A stretch of DNA of 64,000 bases from NCBI GenBank assembly GCA_030684355.1, contig JAUXTN010000093.1, positions 22,894-86,893 on the forward strand, written 5' to 3'. Shown here in pieces: positions 36,277 to 45,310 of this stretch (the stretch's first letter is position 1; each line of letters begins with the position of its first letter). Source of the stretch: Pseudomonadota bacterium. Lineage in GTDB: Bacteria > Myxococcota_A > UBA796 > SXON01. Under the pieces are notes generated by a model. That model was given only the letters and a program-made list of their open reading frames with translations, was not told where the DNA came from and did no database searches. The position numbers and the translations under genes were made by a program.

Positions 36277-37964
36277 CGCGCTTCGATCTGCGCGCGCACG
36301 GACGCCGGCCAGGTCGCGATCGTGGAGAGGGTGGCGTCGTAATAGTAGGTGTGCGAGTCGAGCCCGAACTCGCGCCGCGCGTCCGTCTCGATGTCGGGGA
36401 GGAGCCACCCGTGCAGGTCGTCGGCCTGGGCGGCCAGGTCGAGGGCGTCCATCGTCTCGGAGGTCTCCCAGAGGAGGGCGTCGTACCGGGCCGCGCAGTC
36501 GGCGTTCTCCAGGCAGAACGTGAACAGGTTCCCGTAGGCGCTCCACGGGCCGTAGTAGAGCGTCAGGAACGTCTGGTCCGTGCCCCACGGGATGATCTGG
36601 AACCGGTCCGTCGTGGGGTCGTGGTAGAGGCGGTAGTTGTTCCGCGTCGTGTAGCCGTCCCAGTGGAGCAGCAGGGCCTCGACGGCCATGTTGGCGAGCA
36701 CCTCGTCGAGGTCGACGAGCTCTTCGAGCGCGGCGATGCCGGCGTCGTCGGCCTCGCCGTCGAGCACGTCGATGACCGCGGTGAGGTCGGTGCGGTCGGT
36801 GGAGTCGGGCCCCTCGTCGTAGTCGAACGAGTCCTCGTAGCCGCTGATGAGGTCGACCCCGTAGGCGCCCTCGTAGAGCGCCCCGTCCGGGTTGGCGTAC
36901 CAGCGCTCGAGGAAACGATGGTCGAGCGTCTCCATGAACAGGTACAGGCCGTAGTCGACCCCGTTGACGGACACCCGCGCGTAGCCGACGCGGGGCGTCG
37001 GGACGTCCATCGCCCGGAAGAGCTCGTAGGCGAGGTACTCGTGGACGTAGGTGTAGTCCTGGACCATGTTGTTGAGCGTCAGCGTCTCGAGCCCGCGCCA
37101 CTCCTGGTCGACGTAGTGGTTCAGGTCGACCTTGAAGCCGGCCTTCTGGTCGATGGTGCGCGACGAGCCGACATAGGCCTTCAGCCGCACGCCGACGGAG
37201 GCGTAGTACATCCCGTCCACCGTGACCTCCCCCTCCACGTAGGTCAGGCGGTCGGCCTGGAGGCTCGCGTAGGAGGCGTCGCTGAGCAGGATGTCGACGG
37301 TGTGCAGCGTGTCGAGCTGGAACACGGTGTCCGTCGGGTCGAGCGTGGCGCTCGGGGTCGCCGGGTTGGGTGCGTCGGGCGTGGCAGCGATCGTGGGCGC
37401 CCACTCGCCGCCGTCCGGGTGGCGGGCCCAGGCCACGTCGGCGTCCAACTCGCCGAGGGAGAGCCGATCGGTGACAGCGCCCTCGAACGCCAGCGTGAGG
37501 GTGTCCCCGTCGGCGTCGAGCGAGAAGGGGACGGAGTCGTCGCCGTCCCCTTCGTCGGCATAGAGGAGCACACGTTCGCCCGGCGCGAGGTCGGCGTCGG
37601 GGCCGAGCCACACCCGGCCGCTCGCGTCCGTCAGGCTTACCCGCGCGAGGGGAACGGGGACCTCGTCGGCGTTGTACAGCTCCACCCAATCTGGGAACCC
37701 GCCGTCAACGCCGCGAAGCGCCGAGCGGTTCTTCGACATCGCCTCGTTCAGCACGATGCGCGGAGGGGGATCCTCCACGTAGACCCCGATGGCAGCCGTG
37801 TCCTCGGGGGGCGGGTCCTCCGGCGCGTCGGCGCCGCCCGTGTCGGCCGCCACTGCCAACGTGCCGAGCACGTCCGGCTCCGGCGTGACGGTGGGTAGAT
37901 AGCAGGCGAGCAGCAAGCACATGCGCCGGGGAGGGTACACCCGGCGGCCGGACACGGGGAGCAA
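36273..37964 (-). CDS. CotH kinase family protein with N-terminal lamin-tail-domain, probable lipoprotein
   Basis: LTD-like IVLNEAMSKNR...FPDWVELYN. CotH-like LTLNNMVQDYTYVHEYLAYELFRAMDVPTPRVGYARVSVNGVDYGLYLFMETLD. The alternative ATG at 37922 gives an MCLLLAC lipobox. Confidence 0.82.
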   Translation of the reverse strand: MLPVSGRRVYPPRRMCLLLACYLPTVTPEPDVLGTLAVAADTGGADAPEDPPPEDTAAIGVYVEDPPPRIVLNEAMSKNRSALRGVDGGFPDWVELYNADEVPVPLARVSLTDASGRVWLGPDADLAPGERVLLYADEGDGDDSVPFSLDADGDTLTLAFEGAVTDRLSLGELDADVAWARHPDGGEWAPTIAATPDAPNPATPSATLDPTDTVFQLDTLHTVDILLSDASYASLQADRLTYVEGEVTVDGMYYASVGVRLKAYVGSSRTIDQKAGFKVDLNHYVDQEWRGLETLTLNNMVQDYTYVHEYLAYELFRAMDVPTPRVGYARVSVNGVDYGLYLFMETLDHRFLERWYANPDGALYEGAYGVDLISGYEDSFDYDEGPDSTDRTDLTAVIDVLDGEADDAGIAALEELVDLDEVLANMAVEALLLHWDGYTTRNNYRLYHDPTTDRFQIIPWGTDQTFLTLYYGPWSAYGNLFTFCLENADCAARYDALLWETSETMDALDLAAQADDLHGWLLPDIETDARREFGLDSHTYYYDATLSTIATWPASVRAQIEAR

Positions 37965-37994
37965 CCGACGCTTCGCCGCCCGAGCGCCCCGTCG

Positions 37995-38909
37995 TCAGCG
38001 CTCGGCCTTCTTGCGCGGCACGAGGCGGATGAGCACGCCCTCCTCGCGCGCCCAGTAGGAGAGCTCGTCCGACGTGATCGCGTTTAGCTTGGCGAGGATC
38101 TCCGCGATGTCGACCGTGGAGCCGTCGAGCCGGGTCAGGACGGCGCGCCCCTCCTTGACCGCGGCGCGCAGCTCGTCGACGAGGGCGGGGAGGTCTTCCG
38201 GCGGGACGCTCCCGACGAGCGTGTCGAGGCGTGCGACCGTGCCTTCGACCTTCGTCAGGATGGGCCGCGCGGCGTCGCTCGTCTGTTTGACCGAGGCCAG
38301 GGTGGACCGTGCCTCCGTCACGAGCTCGGGCATCTCCTCCGTCGCGTCCGCCGCGTTCTTCAAGGCGCGCTCGGCGTCCGCCAGCATCCGCGCCGGGCGC
38401 TCGGGATCCGCGGCGAGGGCGTTCGAGAGCGACGTGCCGACCTGCTGGAGCACCGCCGGATCGATGGCCTCGATGAGCGGCGCCATGCGGGTCACGAGCT
38501 GGTCGATCTCCACGCTGCCCTTGCTCTTCGCGAGGGTGTCCCCGTTCTTCAGGAGCGGGGCGTCGCGGGTCTCGGGGACGATCTCCAGGTACTTCTCGCC
38601 GAGCACCGAGCGGGCGCGCATCACGACCGTGGCGTCGGTGCGGACCTCCGCGGTGGCATCGAGCGAGAGCGTGGCGCGCGCCTTGTCGAACTCCACGTCG
38701 AGCGCCGAGACGCGCCCGACCGGCACGCCCGCGATGCTCACCACCGCGCCCTCGGAGAGCCCGGCGGCGTCATCGAGCACGACGCCCACGGACACGTGCT
38801 CCCCGAAGCCCTGGATGACGCCCACCTGGAGCGCCATGAAGGCCAGGAGCCCGGCGGCCACGACCACCAGGCAGCCGACGCCCACTTCGTATCGACCGGG
38901 GATTGCCAT
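37995..38909 (-). CDS. mlaD: MlaD/Mce family substrate-binding protein
   Basis: N-terminal TM followed by an MCE fold block (VGVVLDDAAGLSEGAVVSIAGVPVGRVSAL) and a helical C-terminus. Confidence 0.85.
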   Translation of the reverse strand: MAIPGRYEVGVGCLVVVAAGLLAFMALQVGVIQGFGEHVSVGVVLDDAAGLSEGAVVSIAGVPVGRVSALDVEFDKARATLSLDATAEVRTDATVVMRARSVLGEKYLEIVPETRDAPLLKNGDTLAKSKGSVEIDQLVTRMAPLIEAIDPAVLQQVGTSLSNALAADPERPARMLADAERALKNAADATEEMPELVTEARSTLASVKQTSDAARPILTKVEGTVARLDTLVGSVPPEDLPALVDELRAAVKEGRAVLTRLDGSTVDIAEILAKLNAITSDELSYWAREEGVLIRLVPRKKAER

Positions 38910-38921
38910 TCGGGCGCGGCC

Positions 38922-39752
38922 CTATCCGATGTGGGGGAGGGTCGCCATCGCGGGATCCCCAGGTTCGGGGAGCACGAGATTGCGGCCGAGGAAGCGGCGC
39001 ACCATCGGGTGGTCGGAGTGGGTCACCTCCGCGGTGGTGCCATTGGCGACCACCTTGCCCGCGTAGAGCATGCAGATGCGATCCGCGACGTTGAGCGTCC
39101 CGACGATGTCGTGGGAGATGACCACGAACGTGACGTGGAGCTTCTCCTTCATGGAGACGATGAGGGCATCGATGGCGTCGCTCGTCATCGGGTCGAGGCC
39201 CGAGTTGGGCTCGTCGAAGAGCACGAGCTCCGGCTCGGTGACGATGGCGCGCGCGAGCCCGACGCGCTTCCGTTGGCCGCCGGAGAGCGCGCTGGTCGGC
39301 CGATTGTAGAGCCCCGGCAGCTCGACCATCTCCAGCACGTGCTCCACGCGCTCGCGACGTTCCTTGGCCGTCAAGTCGGAGCGGTGGCGCGCGAGCGGGA
39401 ACGCGATGTTGTCTCCCGTGGACAACGAGTCGAACAGGGCGCCGTCCTGGAACAACATCCCCACGCGCTTGCGCACCTCGTAGACGCGCTTCTCCGGGGC
39501 GGTCGCCATGTCGACGCCGAAGACCCGCACCTCGCCGGAGTCGGGCCGCAACAAGCCCACGATGTGCTTGAGGAGCACGCTCTTGCCGGTGCCGGAGGGG
39601 CCGATGACCGCGGTGGTCTGCCCGCGCGGCATCGTGAGGCTCACGTCGTCGAGCACGACGAGGCTGCCACCGCCGCTCGTCGGGAACTGCTTCGACACGT
39701 GGCGAAGCTCGATGGGCGGGGCGCCCCCGTCCAAGGTGGTCGAGTCGGTCAT
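38922..39752 (-). CDS. mlaF: Mla-type ABC transporter ATP-binding protein
   Basis: Walker A GPSGTGKSVL, signature LSGGQRKRVGLARA, Walker B LVLFDEPNSGLD. ATGA overlap with the upstream permease gene. Confidence 0.9.
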   Translation of the reverse strand: MTDSTTLDGGAPPIELRHVSKQFPTSGGGSLVVLDDVSLTMPRGQTTAVIGPSGTGKSVLLKHIVGLLRPDSGEVRVFGVDMATAPEKRVYEVRKRVGMLFQDGALFDSLSTGDNIAFPLARHRSDLTAKERRERVEHVLEMVELPGLYNRPTSALSGGQRKRVGLARAIVTEPELVLFDEPNSGLDPMTSDAIDALIVSMKEKLHVTFVVISHDIVGTLNVADRICMLYAGKVVANGTTAEVTHSDHPMVRRFLGRNLVLPEPGDPAMATLPHIG

Positions 39753-40489
39753 CCGCCGTAGAGTACCTGGGAGATGAGGAAGTTGAGGCTGACGCAGGTG
39801 ACGCTGGAGACGACCACCGCGGCGTTCGTGGCCTGGCCGACACCCTCGGGGCCCTTCGAGCTCTGGAAGCCGCAATAGCAGCTCACGAGGCAGATCACGA
39901 CACCGAACAACATGCCCTTGATCTCGCAGGCGACCAGATCCCGGGCGTGGATGGAGCCGCGCACGTAGTCGAGGAAGTCGGTGCCGTTGAGGCCCAACTG
40001 GGCGGTGGCGACGAGCCAGCTCGCGGCGATGGTCGTGAAGATGGCGAGGATGGTGAGCGCGGGCATCACCAGGATGATGCCGAGGAGGCGCGGGGTGACG
40101 AGCCACCAGAGCGGGTTGACCGCCATGACCTCCAACGCGTCGATCTGCTCGCGGGTGCGCATCACCGCGATCTGGCTGGCCATCTCGGTACCGGCCTTCG
40201 CCGCCACCATCGCCGCCGCGATGATCGGCGCGAGCTCGCGCACCCCGGCGAGCGCCACGAACATGCCGACGAGCCGCTGCCCGCCCATTGGCTGGAACGC
40301 GTTGTAGCCCTGGAGCGACAGGTTGGTCCCGACGAAGACGCTGATGGTGAGCAGCACGGGGAGGCTCTGGACGCCGATGCGGTAGGCCTCCTCGATGGTG
40401 CGGCCGGGCGGCGGCATCCGGAACGCGTTGGCGCGCGCGACGGCGAAGCAGAAGCCGGCGAAGCGGCCGATGGAGGCGAGCCAGCTCAT
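39749..40489 (-). CDS. mlaE: MlaE/YrbE family ABC permease
   Basis: QIAVMRTREQIDALEVMAVNP is the hallmark MlaE block. Multi-TM. 246 aa. Confidence 0.88.
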   Translation of the reverse strand: MSWLASIGRFAGFCFAVARANAFRMPPPGRTIEEAYRIGVQSLPVLLTISVFVGTNLSLQGYNAFQPMGGQRLVGMFVALAGVRELAPIIAAAMVAAKAGTEMASQIAVMRTREQIDALEVMAVNPLWWLVTPRLLGIILVMPALTILAIFTTIAASWLVATAQLGLNGTDFLDYVRGSIHARDLVACEIKGMLFGVVICLVSCYCGFQSSKGPEGVGQATNAAVVVSSVTCVSLNFLISQVLYGG

Positions 40490-40499
40490 GGGGACGCCC

Positions 40500-41249
40500 T
40501 CACAGGGCGAACATCGCGCTGGTGAGGAGGTAGTTGGCGCCGAAGAAGAGGAGCACCGCGTGGACCACGGTGTCGTTCACGCCCTTCCCGACCCCCGCGG
40601 CGCCGCCCGTCGCGTTGAACCCGTGGTAGCAGGCCACCAGCCCGATGAGGAGGCCGAAGATCGTCGTCTTGATGACGCCCGCAGCGAGGTCGAAGGGGAC
40701 GGTCAACGCCCACAGGTTGGCGAGGAACACGCCCGCCGGCTCCCCCTGGATGCCGACCGCCATCACGAACCCGCCGAGGAGCCCCGCCACCGTGCCGAGC
40801 ACGTTGAGGATCGGGCACGCGAGGACCAGCGCCAGGACCCGCGGCACGACGTGCCACCGCAAGCTGTCGACCGCCATGACCTCGGTGGCATCGAGCTCCT
40901 CCTTGATGCGCATCGCGCCGAGCTCGGCCGCGAAGGCGCTCCCGCCCTGCGCCGCGACCAGGACGCTGGCGAGCACCGGGGAGAGCTCGCGGAGCACGGC
41001 CACGCTGATGAGCGAGGGGAGCATGCGCTGGGCCCCGAAGAGCTCGAAGATCTCGAGCCCCTGGAGCCCGATGACCATCCCGAACGGGAAGGTGACCGCG
41101 GCCACGGGCAACATGCACCGGGTGGCGACGAGCCAGGTGTGGCGGAAGAAGTCGCGGACGTTCCACGGCGGGGTGACCGCGCGACGCGTGACGGCGGCGG
41201 CGAACAGGCCGAACCGTCCGATGCGGGCGAGGGTCTCTACCGGGCTCAT
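40500..41249 (-). CDS. second MlaE/YrbE family ABC permease
   Basis: ELGAMRIKEELDATEVMAVDS. 249 aa from the internal ATG at 41249. The upstream part of the track ORF is low-complexity artefact. Confidence 0.85.
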   Translation of the reverse strand: MSPVETLARIGRFGLFAAAVTRRAVTPPWNVRDFFRHTWLVATRCMLPVAAVTFPFGMVIGLQGLEIFELFGAQRMLPSLISVAVLRELSPVLASVLVAAQGGSAFAAELGAMRIKEELDATEVMAVDSLRWHVVPRVLALVLACPILNVLGTVAGLLGGFVMAVGIQGEPAGVFLANLWALTVPFDLAAGVIKTTIFGLLIGLVACYHGFNATGGAAGVGKGVNDTVVHAVLLFFGANYLLTSAMFAL

Positions 41250-41307
41250 GGGTGCACGAGAGGATCGGGGCGCGATATAGCGCGGCGTCCCGCCCCGAGA
41301 GTGCTCC

Positions 41308-41652
41308 GTGTTCCTGCTCCTCCTCTGTTCGTTCGCGTTCGCCGAAGATCTCTGGGCCACCGCTCCCGTCGAGGGCGTGCGCTGGCCCGACGTGGCGGCG
41401 GTGTCGGTGACGCTCGCCGAGGGCGATCGCGTCGAGGTGCTCGTGCGGGACGGCGAGAAGGTGCGCGTCCGCAAGGGCACGGACTTCGGGTGGGTCGCGG
41501 CGACCTCGCTCACGGACGTCGAGCCGGTGAAGCCGGTGGTCGAGGGCGCCGAGGGCGGCGAGCTGCCGACGTTCTCGTTCCCCGGCGCGGAAGAGACCAC
41601 CCCGGTCGACGCACCGGCGCCCGTGGACGCGCCCGCTTCTCCGCCCAAGTAG
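41308..41652 (+). CDS. small secreted SH3-like domain protein
   Basis: GTG start, signal MFLLLLCSFAFA, then EGDRVEVLVRDGEKVRVRKGTDFGWV (bacterial SH3-like) and a Pro/Ala-rich tail. Confidence 0.6.
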   Translation: MFLLLLCSFAFAEDLWATAPVEGVRWPDVAAVSVTLAEGDRVEVLVRDGEKVRVRKGTDFGWVAATSLTDVEPVKPVVEGAEGGELPTFSFPGAEETTPVDAPAPVDAPASPPK

Positions 41653-42002
41653 GCATCGAGGCCCGGGCGGGCGCTCCCACGCGGGGAGACCGCCCCGACA
41701 AGCTCGACTACCGCGTCATCCCGAACAGGCCGACGGCCAGCGCGAGGGCGATTCCGAGCTGAACCAGGAGCTCCGGTAGGGGCGACATGGTCCCGTTATG
41801 TCTCCGGTAGCCGCGAACGGCAAGCGGAATTCCGCGGTCCGGCAGCGGGGCGAGCCGGCGTGTACGATCGACCGCAGGGCGCTCGGCCGTTCGTCGTCAC
41901 GGGGCTGCAGACCGGCGGACCCCGGGGTAGGCTGGCCTCCCTCCCGGTCCCGCGCTCGTGGGCCCGCTGCTCCCCGCCCGGTCCTCCCTTCCCCGGCCTG
42001 CC

Positions 42003-42827
42003 ATGTCGCTCTTCCAGCGCGATGTCACCGTCTGCGTGTTGTCGTCGGGCTCGGCCGGGAACTGCACGTACGTGGGGGATGGGCACGCGGGCGTGCTGAT
42101 CGACTGCGGCGTGTCCACGAAGCAGATCCTCACGCGCATGGCGGAGGTCGGCCTCGCGGACGCCCCGATCGACGCCGTGCTCGTCACGCACGAGCACACC
42201 GATCACATCGGCGCCGCCGCGATCCTGGGGCGCGCGTTGGCGAAGCGCGGGCGCCCGGTGCCGTTCTACATGACGCGCGGCACCTCCGTCGGCGTGCCGG
42301 AGCCCTCCGTGCCCGACGGCGTCGAGATCATCGAGGCCGGCACGGGCTTTCGCGTGCGCCACCTGCACGTCGAGCCCATCCCGGTGCCGCACGACACGCG
42401 GGACCCCGTGGCCTACCGCATCAACGTGGGGGACGCCGCGGTGGCGGTCATCACCGACCTCGGCCGCCCCACCGCGCTGCTCGCGCGGCACATGCGCGAG
42501 TGCCACGCGGTGGTGCTGGAGTTCAACCACGACGAGGACATGCTGATGGAGGGGCCCTACCCGTACCCGCTCAAGCAGCGGATCAAGGGCAGCCACGGCC
42601 ACCTCTCGAACCGGCAGGCCCAGGATCTCCTGATGGACGGCCTCGGGGCGCACCTGCGCCACCTGATGCTCGCGCACCTCTCCGAGGACAACAACACCCC
42701 CACGCGCGCCCTCGTCGCCGCGCAGATGACCCTCCAGGCGGGCGGCGCCTTCGGGCGGGTGGCGGTGAACGTGTGCCTGCAGCGGGCGGCGCTGCCGCCG
42801 GTGAAGGTGCAGACGCGGACCTGGTGA
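42003..42827 (+). CDS. MBL-fold metallo-hydrolase
   Basis: VLVTHEHTDHIG (H-x-H-x-D-H), later HD and SHGHLSN. Start at MSLFQRD. Confidence 0.85.
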   Translation: MSLFQRDVTVCVLSSGSAGNCTYVGDGHAGVLIDCGVSTKQILTRMAEVGLADAPIDAVLVTHEHTDHIGAAAILGRALAKRGRPVPFYMTRGTSVGVPEPSVPDGVEIIEAGTGFRVRHLHVEPIPVPHDTRDPVAYRINVGDAAVAVITDLGRPTALLARHMRECHAVVLEFNHDEDMLMEGPYPYPLKQRIKGSHGHLSNRQAQDLLMDGLGAHLRHLMLAHLSEDNNTPTRALVAAQMTLQAGGAFGRVAVNVCLQRAALPPVKVQTRTW

Positions 42828-43022
42828 GGGGGAGGGTGGTCGAGCACGCGCGCGAGGCGACCGGACGGCGCGACGGCGCGCGAGCGACGGCGCGGTTCGG
42901 TGCCCGGCGCGGCGGCAGCCGCGACGCCGCACCAACGGAGCGGCTTTGCCGCGACCCGGGAGGGGGCCGACCGCCGCCGTCCTCGGCGGGGGACGCGCCC
43001 GGAGATTCGTCCAGACGGCGGG

Positions 43023-44735
43023 CTATTCGACGTACCCGAGGGCCCGCACCCGCGCGTCGATGCTGCCGATCGGGGTGTCGCCGAGGCGGGCGCGCTCGCC
43101 GTCCAGGGCGGCGGACAGCGTCGTGACCGCGTCGGGGTTTGCACCCGCGACGTCGAGTGCCTCGTGGGGGTCCGCGGCGAGGTCGTACAGGCGGAGCTCG
43201 TCGCCGGCGAGGGTGCGGGTGAGCTTCCACGGCCACGCCACGATGCCCTCGCGCTCGGCCGCGTAGAGGGTGTCCCCCAGGATGAGCTCGCGGGTGGCCG
43301 GCACCGCGCGGAGGTCGACGCCCGTGCCGATGGGCGCGACGCCGCCGACGGCGAGCAGCGTGGGCGCCACGTCGACGAGGGACGCGGGGCCGGCGAACGT
43401 GCCGGGGGCGATGCCGGGGCCGGCCATCGCGAGCGGGACGCGCACGATCTCCTCCCAGAGCGCGTGCCCGTGCTCCCAGCCGCCGTGCTCCCCGAGCTCC
43501 TCGCCGTGGTCGGCGGTGTAGAGCACCACGGCGTCGGGCCCCGCGGCGGCGACGAGGCGGCCGAGGGCGGCGTCCGCGAGCCGGGCCTCGTTGCGGTAGG
43601 CGGCGCGCACCTCGTCGAGGAGGGCGGGGGTCCACCGCAAGCTGCCGCGCCGCAAGAAGTCGAGGTTCAAGCGGGTGGCGTTGCCGGGGCCGAGGGCGTC
43701 GCCGAGGGCGGTGCCGGGCGAGAGGTCGGCGTGGGGGTAGGGGAGGTGGGGGCCGAGCAGGTGGACCCACAGGAACGTGGGCCGCACGCGGGCTGCGTCC
43801 CGGCCCGAGGCGACCGGGGCTGCCTCCGCGAGCCACGCGAGGGCGCGGTCGACGCGGGCCTCGGGATCGCGGCCTGCGCCACTGTTCCGGCGGGGCACGA
43901 GGGGTTGGCCGTCGAGGCCGACGCCGAGCGGATCGAGGAGGAGCGAGCGGGGCGGGTCGCGGTCGTCGGGGGAGTCCCACACGTCGAAGCCGCGCGCGAA
44001 GCCGCGGGCGCGCGTGAGCTGGGGGTTCTCGACGTAGGCGCCGGTGCGCCACCCGGCGGCCTGGAGGGCCTCGGCGAGCGTCGGCGCCGCCGCGGACCCG
44101 AGCGGGAGGCCGGCGATGCGGGTGTGCCCGGCGACCGGGGATCGCACGATGGCGCCGTGATCGTAGGGGGTGCGGCCCGTGTGGAGGGAGGCGAGCGCGG
44201 GGAGGGTCCAGGGCGCGGTCGACCACGCGGGGCCCGAGAGGCCCCGGCGCGCGAGGGCCGCGAACGTGGGGCCGGCGGCGTCGGCGCGGAGGGTGTCGAC
44301 GGTGAGGAGCAGGATGGTGGGGGCGCCCGCGGGGGCGACGGGGCGCGGCGACGAGGGGAGGGCGTCCGGGAGGGCATCCGGGAGGGCGTCGCGCGCGGCG
44401 AGGCCGACGAGGACCGCGGGGACGGCGGCGAGGGCCCCGAGCCAGGGGCGGCGGGCACCGACGGCGCGGACCGCGAGGGCGAGCATCGTGAGCGCGCCGA
44501 TGCTCGCGAGCACGACGGCGACGCCGCGGACGTCGACGGCGAGCACGGCAGCGCCGAGCACGTAGAGGAGCGCCGGGAGCCAGGGGGACGCGAGGCGGGG
44601 GACGCGCGGGGCGAGGCGAGCGAGGGCGAGCCCGGGGGTGGTCCAGGCGAGCAGGACGGCCGCGGCCGGCACGAGAGCGGCGCCTCGCGCGAGCCCCACC
44701 GCGCCCTCCACGACCCCGACAAGCACCCACGCCAT
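43023..44735 (-). CDS. membrane-anchored sulfatase-like hydrolase/transferase (alkaline phosphatase superfamily)
   Basis: N-terminal TM segments, LLLTVDTLRAD, TLPALASLHTGRTP (Thr at the nucleophile position, no C/S-x-P-x-R), YTADHGEELGEHG. Confidence 0.8.
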   Translation of the reverse strand: MAWVLVGVVEGAVGLARGAALVPAAAVLLAWTTPGLALARLAPRVPRLASPWLPALLYVLGAAVLAVDVRGVAVVLASIGALTMLALAVRAVGARRPWLGALAAVPAVLVGLAARDALPDALPDALPSSPRPVAPAGAPTILLLTVDTLRADAAGPTFAALARRGLSGPAWSTAPWTLPALASLHTGRTPYDHGAIVRSPVAGHTRIAGLPLGSAAAPTLAEALQAAGWRTGAYVENPQLTRARGFARGFDVWDSPDDRDPPRSLLLDPLGVGLDGQPLVPRRNSGAGRDPEARVDRALAWLAEAAPVASGRDAARVRPTFLWVHLLGPHLPYPHADLSPGTALGDALGPGNATRLNLDFLRRGSLRWTPALLDEVRAAYRNEARLADAALGRLVAAAGPDAVVLYTADHGEELGEHGGWEHGHALWEEIVRVPLAMAGPGIAPGTFAGPASLVDVAPTLLAVGGVAPIGTGVDLRAVPATRELILGDTLYAAEREGIVAWPWKLTRTLAGDELRLYDLAADPHEALDVAGANPDAVTTLSAALDGERARLGDTPIGSIDARVRALGYVE

Positions 44736-44746
44736 CACGACGGGCG

Positions 44747-45295
44747 CTACTCGTACCAGACCATCTCCCAGGGCACGCCGGCGATGGTCAGGTAGACGGG
44801 GCCGACGCCCTTCGCGAACACCTGGGTGCCGGCCCACGCGCCCTCCGCGACCTCGACCTCGGCGGCCTCGGGGAAGGTGCCGTAGCGGGTCTCCCAGGGG
44901 GCGACCGCGCGCACCGTGGCGCCGTCCGCCGCGGCTCCGGCCAGGATGTTCGTCGGAAGGAGGCGGGTGCCGTCGACGACGAGGCCGTCCTCCGCCGTGA
45001 GCGGCCACGTCGCGATCGCGAGGGAGTCGTCGGCGTCGGGGCCCTCGGTGAGGGTCCACGCGTCGATCGCGAGCCGGAGCCAGCGGGAGGGGGTGGCCTC
45101 CGCGGGGGCGGTGTCGGTGGGGGCGGCGGTGCCCGTGTCGGAGGAGCCCGTGTCGGCGTCGTGGGCGGCGGGCGCGCGCAATTCGTAGAGGCGCCCGGGC
45201 TCGCCGGCGAACAGGCGGAAGCTCGCGCCGGCGGTGCCGGCGGTGTCGGTGGAGCACGCCGCGAAGAGGAGGAGGAGCGTCACGCCGATTCCCAC
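44747..45295 (-). CDS. lipoprotein, unknown function
   Basis: GTG start, MGIGVTLLLLFAAC lipobox, D/T-rich linker. Lies between the TolB-like and sulfatase-like genes on the same strand. Confidence 0.65.
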   Translation of the reverse strand: MGIGVTLLLLFAACSTDTAGTAGASFRLFAGEPGRLYELRAPAAHDADTGSSDTGTAAPTDTAPAEATPSRWLRLAIDAWTLTEGPDADDSLAIATWPLTAEDGLVVDGTRLLPTNILAGAAADGATVRAVAPWETRYGTFPEAAEVEVAEGAWAGTQVFAKGVGPVYLTIAGVPWEMVWYE

Positions 45296-45310
45296 GTCAG
45301 TCCGCCCATC

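Noticed and set aside
41708-41788. 26-codon minus-strand ORF MSPLPELLVQLGIALALAVGLFGMTR (single hydrophobic helix) in the 305-nt gap between the SH3-like and MBL genes
   Set aside because: A small membrane peptide is plausible, and a GGAGA lies 12 nt upstream. However, it is too short for composition or homology support, and its codon usage includes rare CTA/GTT/GGA codons. It is not called as a gene.
44359-44390. 12-nt tandem repeat (AGGGCRTCCGGG, 2.7 copies)
   Set aside because: It is coding, producing DALPDALPDALP in the linker between the TM region and the catalytic domain of the sulfatase-like protein. It is probably a simple slippage product of no special significance.
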